Positions 25,660 to 37,214 of a DNA stretch of 64,000 nucleotides are shown one piece after another. Made by a program: the position numbers and the translations under genes. This DNA comes from Felis catus. Taxonomy: Eukaryota. The notes beneath the pieces were generated by a model that saw only the letters and a list, made by a program, of their open reading frames with translations, was not told the origin of the DNA and did no database searches. Position 1 is the first letter of the stretch. Each line of letters opens with the position of its first letter. Where the stretch lies: the NCBI RefSeq assembly GCF_018350175.1, contig NC_058383.1:24988001-25052000 (forward strand), written 5' to 3'.

Positions 25660-26599
25660 TCCATAGTACGGTCTCTTAATAAAGCACAAAGCATATTTCC
25701 AACAGACCCAAATATCCTTGGCTTCTCCGCAATAAGAAGCCAAAAACACAAATCTACATTCAGTAATCAATGCTTCAGCACTCAGTCCCATTTGGAAAAG
25801 GCCTCGATGGCCAATGAGTTCAATTCTATTTATGATTTAAGCAACCTTTTACGTTGAAGACTTTGAACCTATCTTAACAATTACACAAGAAAACTTTGAG
25901 ACAGACAAAATTAAGAATCATTTTAAGTCATCATTTTGCTAATAAATTGCAACAGAAACAACACAAGCTGATTTGACCTTCTGCACACCTTGGTAGAATA
26001 AAAGTTTTCTATTTGATGCTGACAACTCCAAAGACATGTTCATCTGAATTAAGGCAACAAACGTAGTTTAAATACCAAATATATGCCACGTGGAGCCACT
26101 AAAAAGTAAATCATTTTGTTCCCCATTGTCAAATTTTACCTGGGGCTGCAGCTGCAAATTTGAAGTAGATGGTGTAAGTCCAAGGGGGTGCTGTTTGCTC
26201 CTTGACCTCAAGGATAGAAGGATCTGGTGGTGTCAGAGGCACCAAGGATGGTATATGAGTCTAATATGCAGGCTGCACCCCAGGTGGTAGAGAAACAGGA
26301 GGAGGGGTCCTGGGGAGGCTCGCCTGTGTCCCTCACTTGACCTGGCCCCATGAAACACCCCCACTCTAAGTGTACCCTGTCCCTACCCTGTGCCCCTGTC
26401 CTCATGGCCATCCTACCCTGGCCATTTTCTGGAATCCAGGCCTGGGTACAACCCTCCATAAGCCATTGGCATGGGCCAGATGCCCAGCACAGGGTTGGAA
26501 CCAGGAAAACACCCCCTTCCATGACAACTTCGATGGGACAGGTCATGCCAGGGTCTGTGCATTCCATCTGCCTGTGCTGGCCTTCATTGGAGCGCTAGA

Positions 26600-27215
26600 G
26601 TTATTGTGGAGTGTGTGGGTATAAACCTGCATTATGCACCTGTGAGTCTGAGTTCTTTCTGTTTCTGTGAGTATATTGACTATCGACAAGAGTTTCCTGT
26701 TTCTTGGTTGTTTTCATGTTCTACTCTTGTGTTTATCTGTATGCATGTAACTATGTCTGTGTCTCTGAATGAACATACATCCACTGTGCAAATCTCTGTG
26801 TCTGTGACTGTATTATCTGTGTGTCTCAGGTACATGAGTCTCTGTGGGAGCATCTCTGTGTATCTGTGTTTCGTGTTTGTGTGTGTATTGGTTGTATGTG
26901 TGAATTTGAGGCCCCTTTGGGTGTTCTTGATCATACCTGTGGGTATGTGTGTGTGTTTTCTGTGTGTGTCTAGTATTTGTAGAGTTTGCTTTATGGGGCT
27001 GATTCATGTGACCCTGAGTGTGTGTGTGTGTTCCACTCAGGGTGACACTGGCTATGTCTGCAGTGCGAGTCTGTGTGTGAGCCTGTCCATGAGCCCCATA
27101 CCTGAGTCCCAGATGACGCTGTGGGTGGTTCCATGCCTGTGTTCCATATCTGTGTATCCATGCCTGTGTGTGCTTGTGGTGTCTGTTTTTTCCTCTGTGC
27201 ATGTGTGTGTCTGTG
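26600..27215. repeat. Degenerate TG-rich low-complexity tract
   Basis: Many tgtgt/tctgtg motifs, giving spurious C/V- and H/T-rich ORFs. Confidence 0.8.
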
Positions 27216-27660
27216 CACCTCAGAAGTAGCTGCAAAGGGAACCCTTCAAGGGCGATCCTGGGGTGGGTGAGCAAAAGACAATATGTGCTTCCCCCACCTC
27301 AGGCTCAGCTCCCTCTGCCCATTTTTCTCCCATCCTCCAGTGCCCCCCACTTCGGGTGCCATCTCGGTCTCCAAGGATGGATAGAGTGAAGGGCAGCTCA
27401 CAGGACCACAGGCCACCAGCTGGGAGGGCTGCGGATGGCAGGAGGAGGTTATAAAGTGTGGGGAGGGCTCCTAGACCCCCTGGTGAGGCTGAGGGATACC
27501 TAGGCCCTGGGAAGGGTGAGTGAGTGGGGGCCCCAAGGCAGGGCTGGGGAAACAGAACTCCTGGGCCCCATGGAAGGAATGCAGGATTGGGCACCCCGGA
27601 AAAGAGCTGGAGGAGTCCTGCAGGACTCCTGAGTCCCCAAAGGGCAGATCCTTCACTCAC

Positions 27661-27695
27661 CTGTGCTGGTGCAGGCTGAGGCCAGGAAGTGGAAG

Positions 27696-27736
<41 letters not shown>

Positions 27737-27795
27737 GCAGCATTCAGAGGCAGTGGCAGCAGATCCATGGAATGATGGATGGAGCAGGGAGCCAT
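27661..27795 (-). other. Orphan signal-peptide-like first exon (MLR-L14-PLPGLSLHQH from ATG 27743) with strong donor CAG|GTGAGT
   Basis: ATGs at 27795, 27768 and 27743; CTG-encoded leucine run; GC-rich context. Parent gene not recognised. Confidence 0.45.
27699..27734. repeat. (CAG)12/(CTG)12 trinucleotide repeat
   Basis: Read directly; Q12 in ORF 27663..27983. Confidence 0.95.
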
Positions 27796-28559
27796 GGGCT
27801 TTCGAACAAGTGGAATCACCACGCTGGGCGGCCCTCGGCCCTTTCCCCCTTCCCCGGCCACCTCACTATCTCTGGCCCTGGCCTCATCCTCAGCAGGGCA
27901 TGGGCAAGCCAGACAGAGACGGACACCTGGGGCCACAGGAGTGTCCCCCTGACCTCTGTGTCCTAGTTGTTGAATGGGCATAAGGAGTCACCCAGGGCCC
28001 CTGGCACCAGAGTTTTCTCTGATGGAACTTGGGAAGAATTATGGAGGGATAGCATTTAGTGCCAGTTTATTCACAGAATAAAAGCACAACACAAGGTCGC
28101 CTCGGATGCTGATGTCAATGTTTTATTACCAGACCACATTTGGAGCACTTACCCAGGGATGTGGAGGGAAGACAATAACATATTAATTTAAGAGAACAAA
28201 AATGCTAGAACATGGGCACTCCTGATGCTCTTGCAAAACAGTGCTCTACATCCCCCTCCTCACCCTCTCCATAGTGGGGAAACTGAGGCAGCCAGGGATT
28301 TGGTCAAGATTACAGAGTGGTTTCTGAGTGTTTTGCTGATTACATCTGACCAAACTCCTTTTTCTGAAGTTCACTTCTTTAATCTTAACAGTTATGACTT
28401 TGGGCAACTCTGGGACAAATTCCACCTGGTTGAGGATGAAGCAAACCTATCCTGACTTAGTCTTGCTATCATTTACTACCAATGACCCATGCCCCTCCTT
28501 TGCCCCTGAGCAGTCCCCAGACAGGCTGGTATCATGTGGTGGCCTCGCTAGGCTCTATG

Positions 28560-28873
28560 AAGAATGTCACATTGTCCTCTTACCCACTAAGCTGGATGCA
28601 GCCCTGTGATATGCTCTGACCATGAAATGTGAGTGGGAGTGAAGTTGCCACCTCAAATACAACACTTGGGAACAACTGCATCTGGCCACCTCTCTGTCCA
28701 TCTCTTATGTCACCTGGTAGTTACCTATGGTGGGTTCTCTTTTATCCTGGTCCCAGGGGGACCATGGTGGACATGTGGCATGAGCAGGGAAGATACTTCC
28801 TTTATTATAAGTTGTTAAGACTTTGGGCTATTTGTTACCCACAATAACATCTAGCCCATCCTAACTGGAATGC
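28560..28873 (+). mobile_element. Old MaLR (MLT1-like) LTR remnant
   Basis: Motifs gccctgtgatatgctctgaccatgaaatgtgagtgggagtga and ttgttacccacaataacatctagcccatcctaactg. Confidence 0.6.
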
Positions 28874-28894
28874 ATCCTCCGTTCTCCTCTCTAT

Positions 28895-29145
28895 GAGGCA
28901 GCATAGCCTAACATTCAAAGTATGAACTCTATTGTTAGATACACGTGGGTTTGAATTTCAACTCCATCCTTTTATTAACTCCAACCTCAGACAATTTACT
29001 TGGAGTCTCTGAACCTCCATTTCTGCTCCGTAAAATGGATGGTTACACCATCTCAGGTTTGAAGAGGATTAAATCAAATAATAAAAATGTAAATCTTTGA
29101 GTCCAGGACCTGGTACATATAGTCAATGTCAATAAATATTAGCTG
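28895..29145 (+). mobile_element. MIR-like SINE remnant
   Basis: gggtttgaatttcaactccatc...tctctgaacctccatttctgctccgtaaaatgg...gaggattaaat...caataaatattagct. Confidence 0.6.
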
Positions 29146-30007
29146 TATGGCATATGTCTAGATTGTAAACAGTCTGAAAATGCAGCAACTATTACAAAAG
29201 GAGACATTAAGCCTGTGGCATAAGTATCCTTTCAAACTGTTTTTCAGCAAATAGGATAATATTATATCTATTCACTCACACCCTACTTTTTACTCTTAAT
29301 AAGATATTGTTGTGATATTTTTATGTTGCAAACAAAAATATCTGCATCGTCTTTTTAAATTATAGGACAACATTGAATACCATTAATAATTTAATCACTT
29401 CTCTATTGCTGGACATTTCCATAGGTTGCATATGGCACTGAAAACAAATGAAGTAAATAAAAGCTATTAAAATGTATTGTGTGCTAGAGTAAATATTTGT
29501 TAACTTTTGTTTGCTCTGCATCTATACATGTACTGGGTTGCAATTTAGAATGTATTTCTTATTACAATGTTTTTAAAAAGTGTGGCAGTTGTTGATTTCA
29601 ATTTTTTTTCAAATTTTGAAAGATTATAAATAATCTAATTTTTTTAATTTCAGGAATAGAATTTAGTGATTCATCACTTACATATAACACCCAGGGATCA
29701 TCCCCAAAATGTCCTCTTTAATGTCCCTCGTCATTTTGCCCATCCCTACACCAACATCCCACCAGTGGCCCTCTGTTGTTCTCTGTATTTAAAGTCTCTT
29801 ATGGTTTGTCTCCCTCTCTGTTTTTATATTATTTTTGCTTCCCTTATGTTCACATGTTCTGTTTCTTAAATTCCACATATGAGTGAAATCATATGATATT
29901 TGTCTTTCCCTAACTTATTTAACTTAGCATAATACACTGTAGTTTCATCTACATTGTTGCGAGTGGCAATATTTCATTCTTTTTGATTGATGAGTAATAT
30001 TCCATTA

Positions 30008-30011
30008 TACA

Positions 30012-30053
<42 letters not shown>
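30008..30053. repeat. (CA)n microsatellite within an L1
   Basis: Read directly. Confidence 0.95.
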
Positions 30054-30055
<2 letters not shown>

Positions 30056-33000
30056 ATATCTAATTTATCCATTCATCAGTCAATAGACATTTGGGCTCTT
30101 TTCATACTTTGGCTATTGTTGATAGTGCTGCTATAAACATTGGGGTCATGTTCCCCTTTGAATCAGCCCTCCTGTACCCTTTGGATAAATACCTAGTAGT
30201 GAATTGCTGAGTCATAGTGTAGTTCTGTTTTTTTAGTTTTTTGAGGAACATTCATACTCTTTTCCAGGGTGGCTGCACCAGTATGCCTTCCCACCAGCAG
30301 TGCAAAAGGGTTCATCTTTCCCTGCATCCTTGACAACATCTGTTATTGCCTGAGTTGTTAATTTTATCTGACAGATGTGAAGGAGTATCTCATTGTAATT
30401 TTCATTTGTATTTCCCTCATCATGAGTCATGTTAAGCATATTTTCACGTGTCTGTTAGGCATCTGGATGTCTTCTTTGGAAAAGTGTCTTTCATGTCTTT
30501 TGACCATTTCCTCACTGGATTATTTGCTTTTTAGGTGTTGAGTCTGACAAGTTCTCTTTAAATTTTGGACACTAACCCTTTATCGGATATGTCATTTGGA
30601 AATATCTCCTCCCAATCCATTGGTTGCCTTTTAGTTTTGCTGATTGTTTCCTCTGCTGTGCAGAAGCTTTTTATCTTGATGAGGTCCCAAGAGTTCATTT
30701 TTGTTTTGTTTCCCTTGCCTCCAGAGACACGACAAGTAAAAAGCTGCTGCAGGTCAAAGACATTGTTGTCGGTTTTCCCCTCTAGGATTTTCATGGCTTC
30801 CTGCCTTACGTTTAGGTCTTTCATCCATTTTGAGTTTACTTTTGTATATGGTGTAGGAAAGTAGTCCACGTTCAGTCATCTGCCTGTCGTTGTCCAGTTT
30901 TTCCAGTACCATTTGCTGAAGAGACTGTCTTTTCCATTACATAATCTTTCTTGCTTTGTTAAAGATTAGTTGGCCAGGGGCTTCTGGGAAGATGGCAGTG
31001 TAGGAGGACGCTGGCTCACCGCATCCTGCGGATCACTTAGATTTCACCCACACCTGCCTAAATAACCCAGAAAATCGCCAGAAGACTAGCAGAATGGATT
31101 CTCCAGAGCCAAGCGTAGATGAGAGGCCCACGGAAGAGGGTAGGAAGGGCAGAGAGGCAGTGCGCACTACACGGACTGACAGGAGGGAGCCAAGGCGGAG
31201 GGGCAGCCCACCGGCAAAGCAGAGCCCCCGAGTCTGGCTGGCAAAAGCAGAGAGGTCAGACAGAGTGTGTTCTGACAGCAAGCAGGACTTAACATCTGGA
31301 AGGTTATAAGTTAACAGCTCTGCTCAGAGAACGGGAGGGCTGGAGGACAACGGGAGGGAGAGTTGTTGAGCCCCGGACAACAGAGCGCAGCTTGGTGGGG
31401 GAACAAAGGTGCTCGCCAGCGCCGTCTCCCTCGCCCATCCCTCAGCCAAAATCCCAAAGGGAACCAGTTCCTTCCAGGAAACTTGCTTGCACTGTGCAAA
31501 CACCCAATGCTGTGCAGAATTCTGTGGATCCATCCCTCCGGCGGGTCTGACTCCCTCCTGGTGCTGCAGGGCCCCTACCGAAGTGGATCTCTGAAAGAAA
31601 AGTGAGCTGAGCCTGCCCCTCCTGCCCCTGTGCACCTTGCCGATCCACCACAGCTAATACGCCAGGTCCCCAGCACCACAAGACTGGCAGTGTGCAAGTA
31701 GCCCAGATGGGCCATGCCACCCCACAGTGAATCCCCCCCCCCCAGGAGAGGGAAAGAGAAGGCACACACCAGTCTGACTGTGGCCCCAGTAGTGGGCTGG
31801 GGGCAGACATCAGGTTTGACTGCAGCCCCGCTCACCAACACAAGTTATTCAAGACAGCACAGGGGAAGTGCCCTGCAGTTCTGCACCACTCCAGGGACTA
31901 TCCAAAATGACGAAACAGAAGAATTCCCCTCAAAAAAAAATCCCCAAATAACGACAGCTAATGAACTGATCAAAAAAGATTTAAACAATATAACAGAAAG
32001 TGAATTTAGAATAATAGTCATAAAATTAATCGCTGGGCTTGAAAACAGTATAAAGGACAGCAGAGAATCTATTGCTACAGAGATCAAGGGACTAAGGAAC
32101 AGCCAGGAGGAGCTCAAAAATGCTATTAATGAGCTGCAAAATAAAATGGAGATGACCACAGCTCGGAATGAAGAGGCAGAGGAGAGAATAGGTGAACTAG
32201 AAGATAAAATTATGGAAAAAGAAGAAGCTGAGAAAAAGAGAGATAAAAAAAAACTCAGGAGTATGCTGGGAAAATTAGAGAACTAAGTGATGCACTAAAG
32301 AGAAATAATCTATGCATAATTGGTATTCCAGAGGAGGAAGAGAGAGGGAAAGGTGCTGAAGGTGTACTTGAAGAAATCATAGCTGAGAACTTCCCTGATC
32401 TGGGGAAGGAAAAAGGCATTGAAATCCAAAAGGCACAGAGAACTCCCTTCAGACGTAACTTCAATTGATCTTCTGCATGACATATCATAGTGAAATTGGC
32501 AAAATACAAGGATAAAGTGAAAATTCTGAAAGCAGCTAGGGATAAACGTGCTCTAACATATAAAGGGAGACCTATAAGACTCGTAACCAATCTCTCTACT
32601 AAAACTTGGCAGGCCAGAAAAGAATGGCAGGAGACCTTCAATGTGATGAACAGAAAAAATATGCAGCTAAGAATCTTTTATCCAGCAAGTCTGTCATTTA
32701 GAATAGAAGGAGAGGTAAAGGTCTTCCCAAACAAACAAAAACTGAAGGAACTCATCGCCACTAAACCAGCCCTACAAGAGATCCTAAGGGGGATCCTGTG
32801 AGACAAGGTACCAGAGACATCGCTACAAGCATGAAACCTACGGACATCACAATGACTCTAAACCCATATCTTTCTATAATAACACTGAATGTAAATGGAC
32901 TAAATGCGCCAACCAAAAGACATAGGGTATCAGAATGGATAAAAAAACAAGACCCATCTATTTGCTGTCTACAAGAGACTCATTTTAGACCTGAGGACAT

Positions 33001-33615
33001 CTTCAGATTGAGAGTGAAGGGATGGAGAACTATTTATCATGCCACTGGAAGTCAAAAGAAAGCTGGAGTAGCCACACTTATATCAGACAAACTAGACTTT
33101 AAATTAAAGGCTGTAACAAGACATGAAGAAGGGCATTATATAATAATCACAGGGTCTATCCATCAGGAAGAGCTAACAATTATAAATGTCTATGCACCAA
33201 ATACAGGAGCCCCCAAATATATAAAACAATTACAAACATAAGCAACCTTATTGATAAGAATGTGGTAATTGCAGGGGACTTTAACACCCCACTTACAGAA
33301 ATGGATAGATCATCTAGACACACGGTCAATAAAGAAACAAGGGCCCTGAATGATACATTGGATCAGATGGACTTGACAGATATATTTAGAACTCTGCATC
33401 CCAAAGCAACAGAATATACTTTCTTCTCAAGTGCACATAGAACATTCTCCAAGATAGATCACTTACTGGGTCACAAAACAGCCCTTCATAAGTATATAAG
33501 AATTGACATCATACCATGCATACTTTCAGACCACAATGCTATGAAGCTTGAAATCAACCACAGGAAAAAGTCTGGAAAACCTCCAAAAGCATGGAGGTTA
33601 AAGAACACCCTACTA

Positions 33616-33825
33616 GGGGCGCCTGCGTGGCACAGTCGGTTAAGCATCCGACTTCAGCTCAGGTCACGATCTCGCGGTCCGTGAGTTCGAGCCCCGCGTT
33701 GGGATCTGTGCTGACAGCTCAGAGCCTGGAGCCTGTTTCAGATTCTGTGTCTCCCTCTCTCTCTGACCCTCCCCCGTTCATGCTCTGTCCCTCTCTGTCT
33801 CAAAAATAAATAAACGTTAAAAATA
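33616..33825 (+). mobile_element. Young Can-SINE inside L1 ORF2
   Basis: TSD aaagaacaccctacta at 33600-33615 and 33826-33841. Confidence 0.95.
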
Positions 33826-36800
33826 AAAGAACACCCTACTAAAGAATCAATGGGTCAACCAGGCAATTAGAGAAGAAATGAAAAAATATATGGAAACAAA
33901 CGAAAATGAAAATACAACAATCCAAATGCTTTGGGATGCAGTGAAGGCAGTCCTGAGAGGAAAATACATTGCAATCCAGGCCTATCTCAAGAAACAAGAA
34001 AAATCCCAAATACAAAATCTAACAGCACACCTAAAGGAAAGAGAAGCAGAACAGCAAAGACAGCCTAAACCCAGCAGAAGAAGAGAAATAATAAAGATCT
34101 ACCAGAAATAGACAATATAGAATCTAAAAAAACTGTAGAGCAGATCAACGAAACCAAGAGTTGGTTTTTTGAAAAAATAAACAAAATCGATAAACCTCTA
34201 GCCAGGCTTCTCAAAAAGAAAAGGGAGATGACCCAAATAGATAAAATCATAAATGACAGTGGAATTATTACAACCAATCCCTCAGAGATACAAGCAATTA
34301 TCAGGGAATACTAGGAAAAATTATATGCCAACAAACTGGACAACCTGGAAGAAATGGACAAATTCCTAAATACCCACACACTTCCAAAACTCAATCAGGA
34401 GGAAATAGAAAGCTTGAACAGACCCATAACCAGCAAAGAAATTGAATCAGTCCTCAAAAATCTCCCAACAAATAAGATTCTGGGACCAGATGGCTTCCCA
34501 GGGGAGTTCTACCAGACGTTTAAAGCAGAGATAATCTCTATCCTTCTCAAGCTTTTCCAAAAAATTCAAAGGGAAGGAAAACTTCCAGACTCCTTCTATG
34601 AGGCCAACATTACTTTGATTCCTAAACCAGAGACCCAGTAAAAAAGAACTACCGGCCAATATCCCTGATGAATATGGATGCAAAAATTCTCAATAAGATA
34701 CTAGCAAATCGAATTCAACGACATATAAAAAGAATTATTCACCATGATCAAGTGGGATTCATTTCCTGGGATGCAGGGCTGGTTCAACATTCTCAAATCA
34801 ATCAACGTGATACATCACATTAATAAAAGAAAAGAACCATATAATCCTGCCAATCGATGCAGAAAAGGCATTTGACAAAATTCAGCAACGTTTCTTAATA
34901 AAAACCCTCAAGAAAGTCGGAATAGAAGGAACATACTTAAACATCATAAAAGCCATTTATGAAAATCCCACAGCTAACATCACCCTCAATGGGGAAAAAC
35001 TGAGAGCTTTTTCCCTGAGTTCAGGAACACAACAGGGATGTCCACTCTCACCGCTGTTGTTTAACATAGTGTTGGAAGTTCTAGCATCAGCAATCAGACA
35101 ACAAAAGGAAATCAAAGGCATCAAAATCGGCAAAGATGAAGTCAAGCTTTCACTTTTTGCAGATGACATGATACTATACATGGAAAATCTGATAGATTCC
35201 ACCAAAAGTCTGCTAGAACTGATACATGAATTTAGCAAAGTTGCAGGATACAAAATCAATGTACAGAAATCAGTTGCATTCTTATACACTAATAATGAAG
35301 CAACAGAAGGACAAATAAAGAAACTGATCCCATTCACAATTGCACCAAGAAGCATAAAATACCTAGGAAGAAACCTAACCAAAGATGTAAAAGATCTGTA
35401 TGCTGAAAACTATAGAAAGCTTATGAAGGAAATTGAAGAAGATATAAAGAAATGGAAAAACATTCCGTGCTCATGGATTGGAAGAATAAATATTGTGAAA
35501 ATGTCAATACTACCCAAAGCTATCTACACATTCAAGGCAATCCCAATCAAAATTACACCAGCATTCTTCTCAAAGCTAGAACAAGCAATCCTTAAATTCT
35601 TATGGAACCACAATAGGCCCTGAAGAGCCAAAGTAATTTTGAAGAAGAAGACCAAAGCAGGAGGCATCACAATCCCAGACTTTAGCCTCTACTACAAAGC
35701 TGTAATCATCAAGACAGCATGGTATGGGCACAAAAACAGACACATAGACCAATGGAATAGAATAGAAACCCCAGAACTAGACCCACAAATGTATGGCCAA
35801 CTCATCTTTGACAAAGCAGGACAGAACATCCAATGGAAAAAAGACAGTCTCTTTAACAAATGGTGCTGGGAGAACTGGACAGCAACATGCAGAAGGTTGA
35901 AACTAGACCACTTTCTCACACCATTCACAAAAACAAACTCAAAATGGATAAAGGACCTGAATGTGAGACAGGAAACCATCAAAACCCTAGAGGAGAAAGC
36001 AGGAAAAGACCTCTCTGACCTCAGCTGTAGCAATTTCTTACTTGACACATCCCCAAAAGCAAGGGAATTAAAAGCAAAAATGAACTACTGGGACCTTATG
36101 AAGATAAAAAGCTTCTACACAGCAAAGGAAACAACAAACAAAACTAAAAGGCAACTAACGGAATGGGAAAAGATATTTGCAAATGACATATCGGACAAAG
36201 GGCTAGTATCCAAAATCTATAAAGAGCTCACCAAACTCCACACCTGAAAAACAAATAACCCAGTGAAGAAATGGGCAGAAAACATGAATAGACACTTCTG
36301 TAAAGAAGACATCTGGATGGCCAACAGGCACATGAAAAGATGCTCAATGTCGCTCCTCATCAGGGAAATACAAATCAAAACCACACTCAGATATCACCTC
36401 ACGCCAGTCAGAGTGGCCAAAATGAACAAATCAGGAGACTATAGATGCTGGAGAGGATGTGGAGAAACGGGAACCCTCTTGCACTGTTGGTGGGAATGCA
36501 AACTGGTGCACCCGCTCTGGAAAACAGTGTGGAGGTTCCTCAAAAAATTAAAAATAGATCTACCCTATGACCCAGCAATAGCACTGCTAGGAATTCACCC
36601 AAGGGATGCAGGAGTGCTGATGCATAGTGGCAACTTGTACCCCAATGTTTATAGCAGCACTCTCAACAATAGCCAAATTATGGAAAGAGCCTACATGTCC
36701 AACAAATGATGAATGGATAAAGAAATTGTGGTTTATATACACAATGGAGTACTACATGGCAATGAGAAAGAATGAAATATGGCCCTGTGTAGCAATGTGG

Positions 36801-37144
36801 ATGGAACTGGAGAATGTGATGCTAAGTGAAATAAGCCATACAGAGAAAGACAGATACCATATGTTTTCACTCTTATGTGGATCCTGAGAAACTTAACAGA
36901 AACCCATGGGGGAAGGGAAGGAAAAAAAAAAAGAGGTTAGAGTGGGAGAGAGCCAAAGCATAAGAGACTCTTAAAAACTGAGAACAAACTGAGGATTGAT
37001 GGGGGTGGGAGGGAGGGGAGGGTGGGTGATGGGTACTGAGGAGGGCACCTTTTTGGGATGAGCACTGGTGTTGTATGAAAACCAATTTGACAATAAATTT
37101 CATATATTGAAAAAAAAAGAAAAAAAAGAAAATCTATCTTCAGC

Positions 37145-37146
37145 AA

Positions 37147-37209
<63 letters not shown>

Positions 37210-37214
37210 AATAA
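37145..37214. repeat. (AAAT)n tract derived from the L1 tail
   Basis: Read directly. Confidence 0.95.

Larger units (their letters stand above)
22480..26310 (-). mobile_element. Long AT-rich non-coding ERV internal region, 5'-truncated and carrying several SINEs
   Basis: Contiguous with env; its distal part (25880-26310) is homologous to ERV sequence at 48310-48790(+) that follows a gag remnant. Confidence 0.6.
30977..37214 (+). mobile_element. Younger full-length L1 (ORF1 ~31907-32801, ORF2 ~32852-36887, both disrupted)
   Basis: EN motifs (LNVNGLN, CLQETH, GDFN, SDH), RT FADD and C-terminal HCWWEC; TSD aaagattagttggcca at 30961-30976 and 37215-37230. Confidence 0.97.

Noticed and set aside
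26606..27274. Long ORFs of 207 aa and 153 aa
   Set aside because: Artefacts of TG-rich low-complexity sequence.
27220..27983. 253-aa poly-Ala ORF and plus-strand poly-Q/poly-S ORFs
   Set aside because: GC-rich stop-poor sequence plus the repeat. The minus ORF reads through a consensus donor and resembles no protein I recognise.
20894..29337. Similar motif tgtgat.tttt(t)atgttgcaaaca at ~20894 and ~29310
   Set aside because: Short, AT-rich and not flanking a single element; probably chance.
30977..37214. Potentially active L1
   Set aside because: ORF1 and ORF2 carry multiple stops and frameshifts and a SINE insertion.
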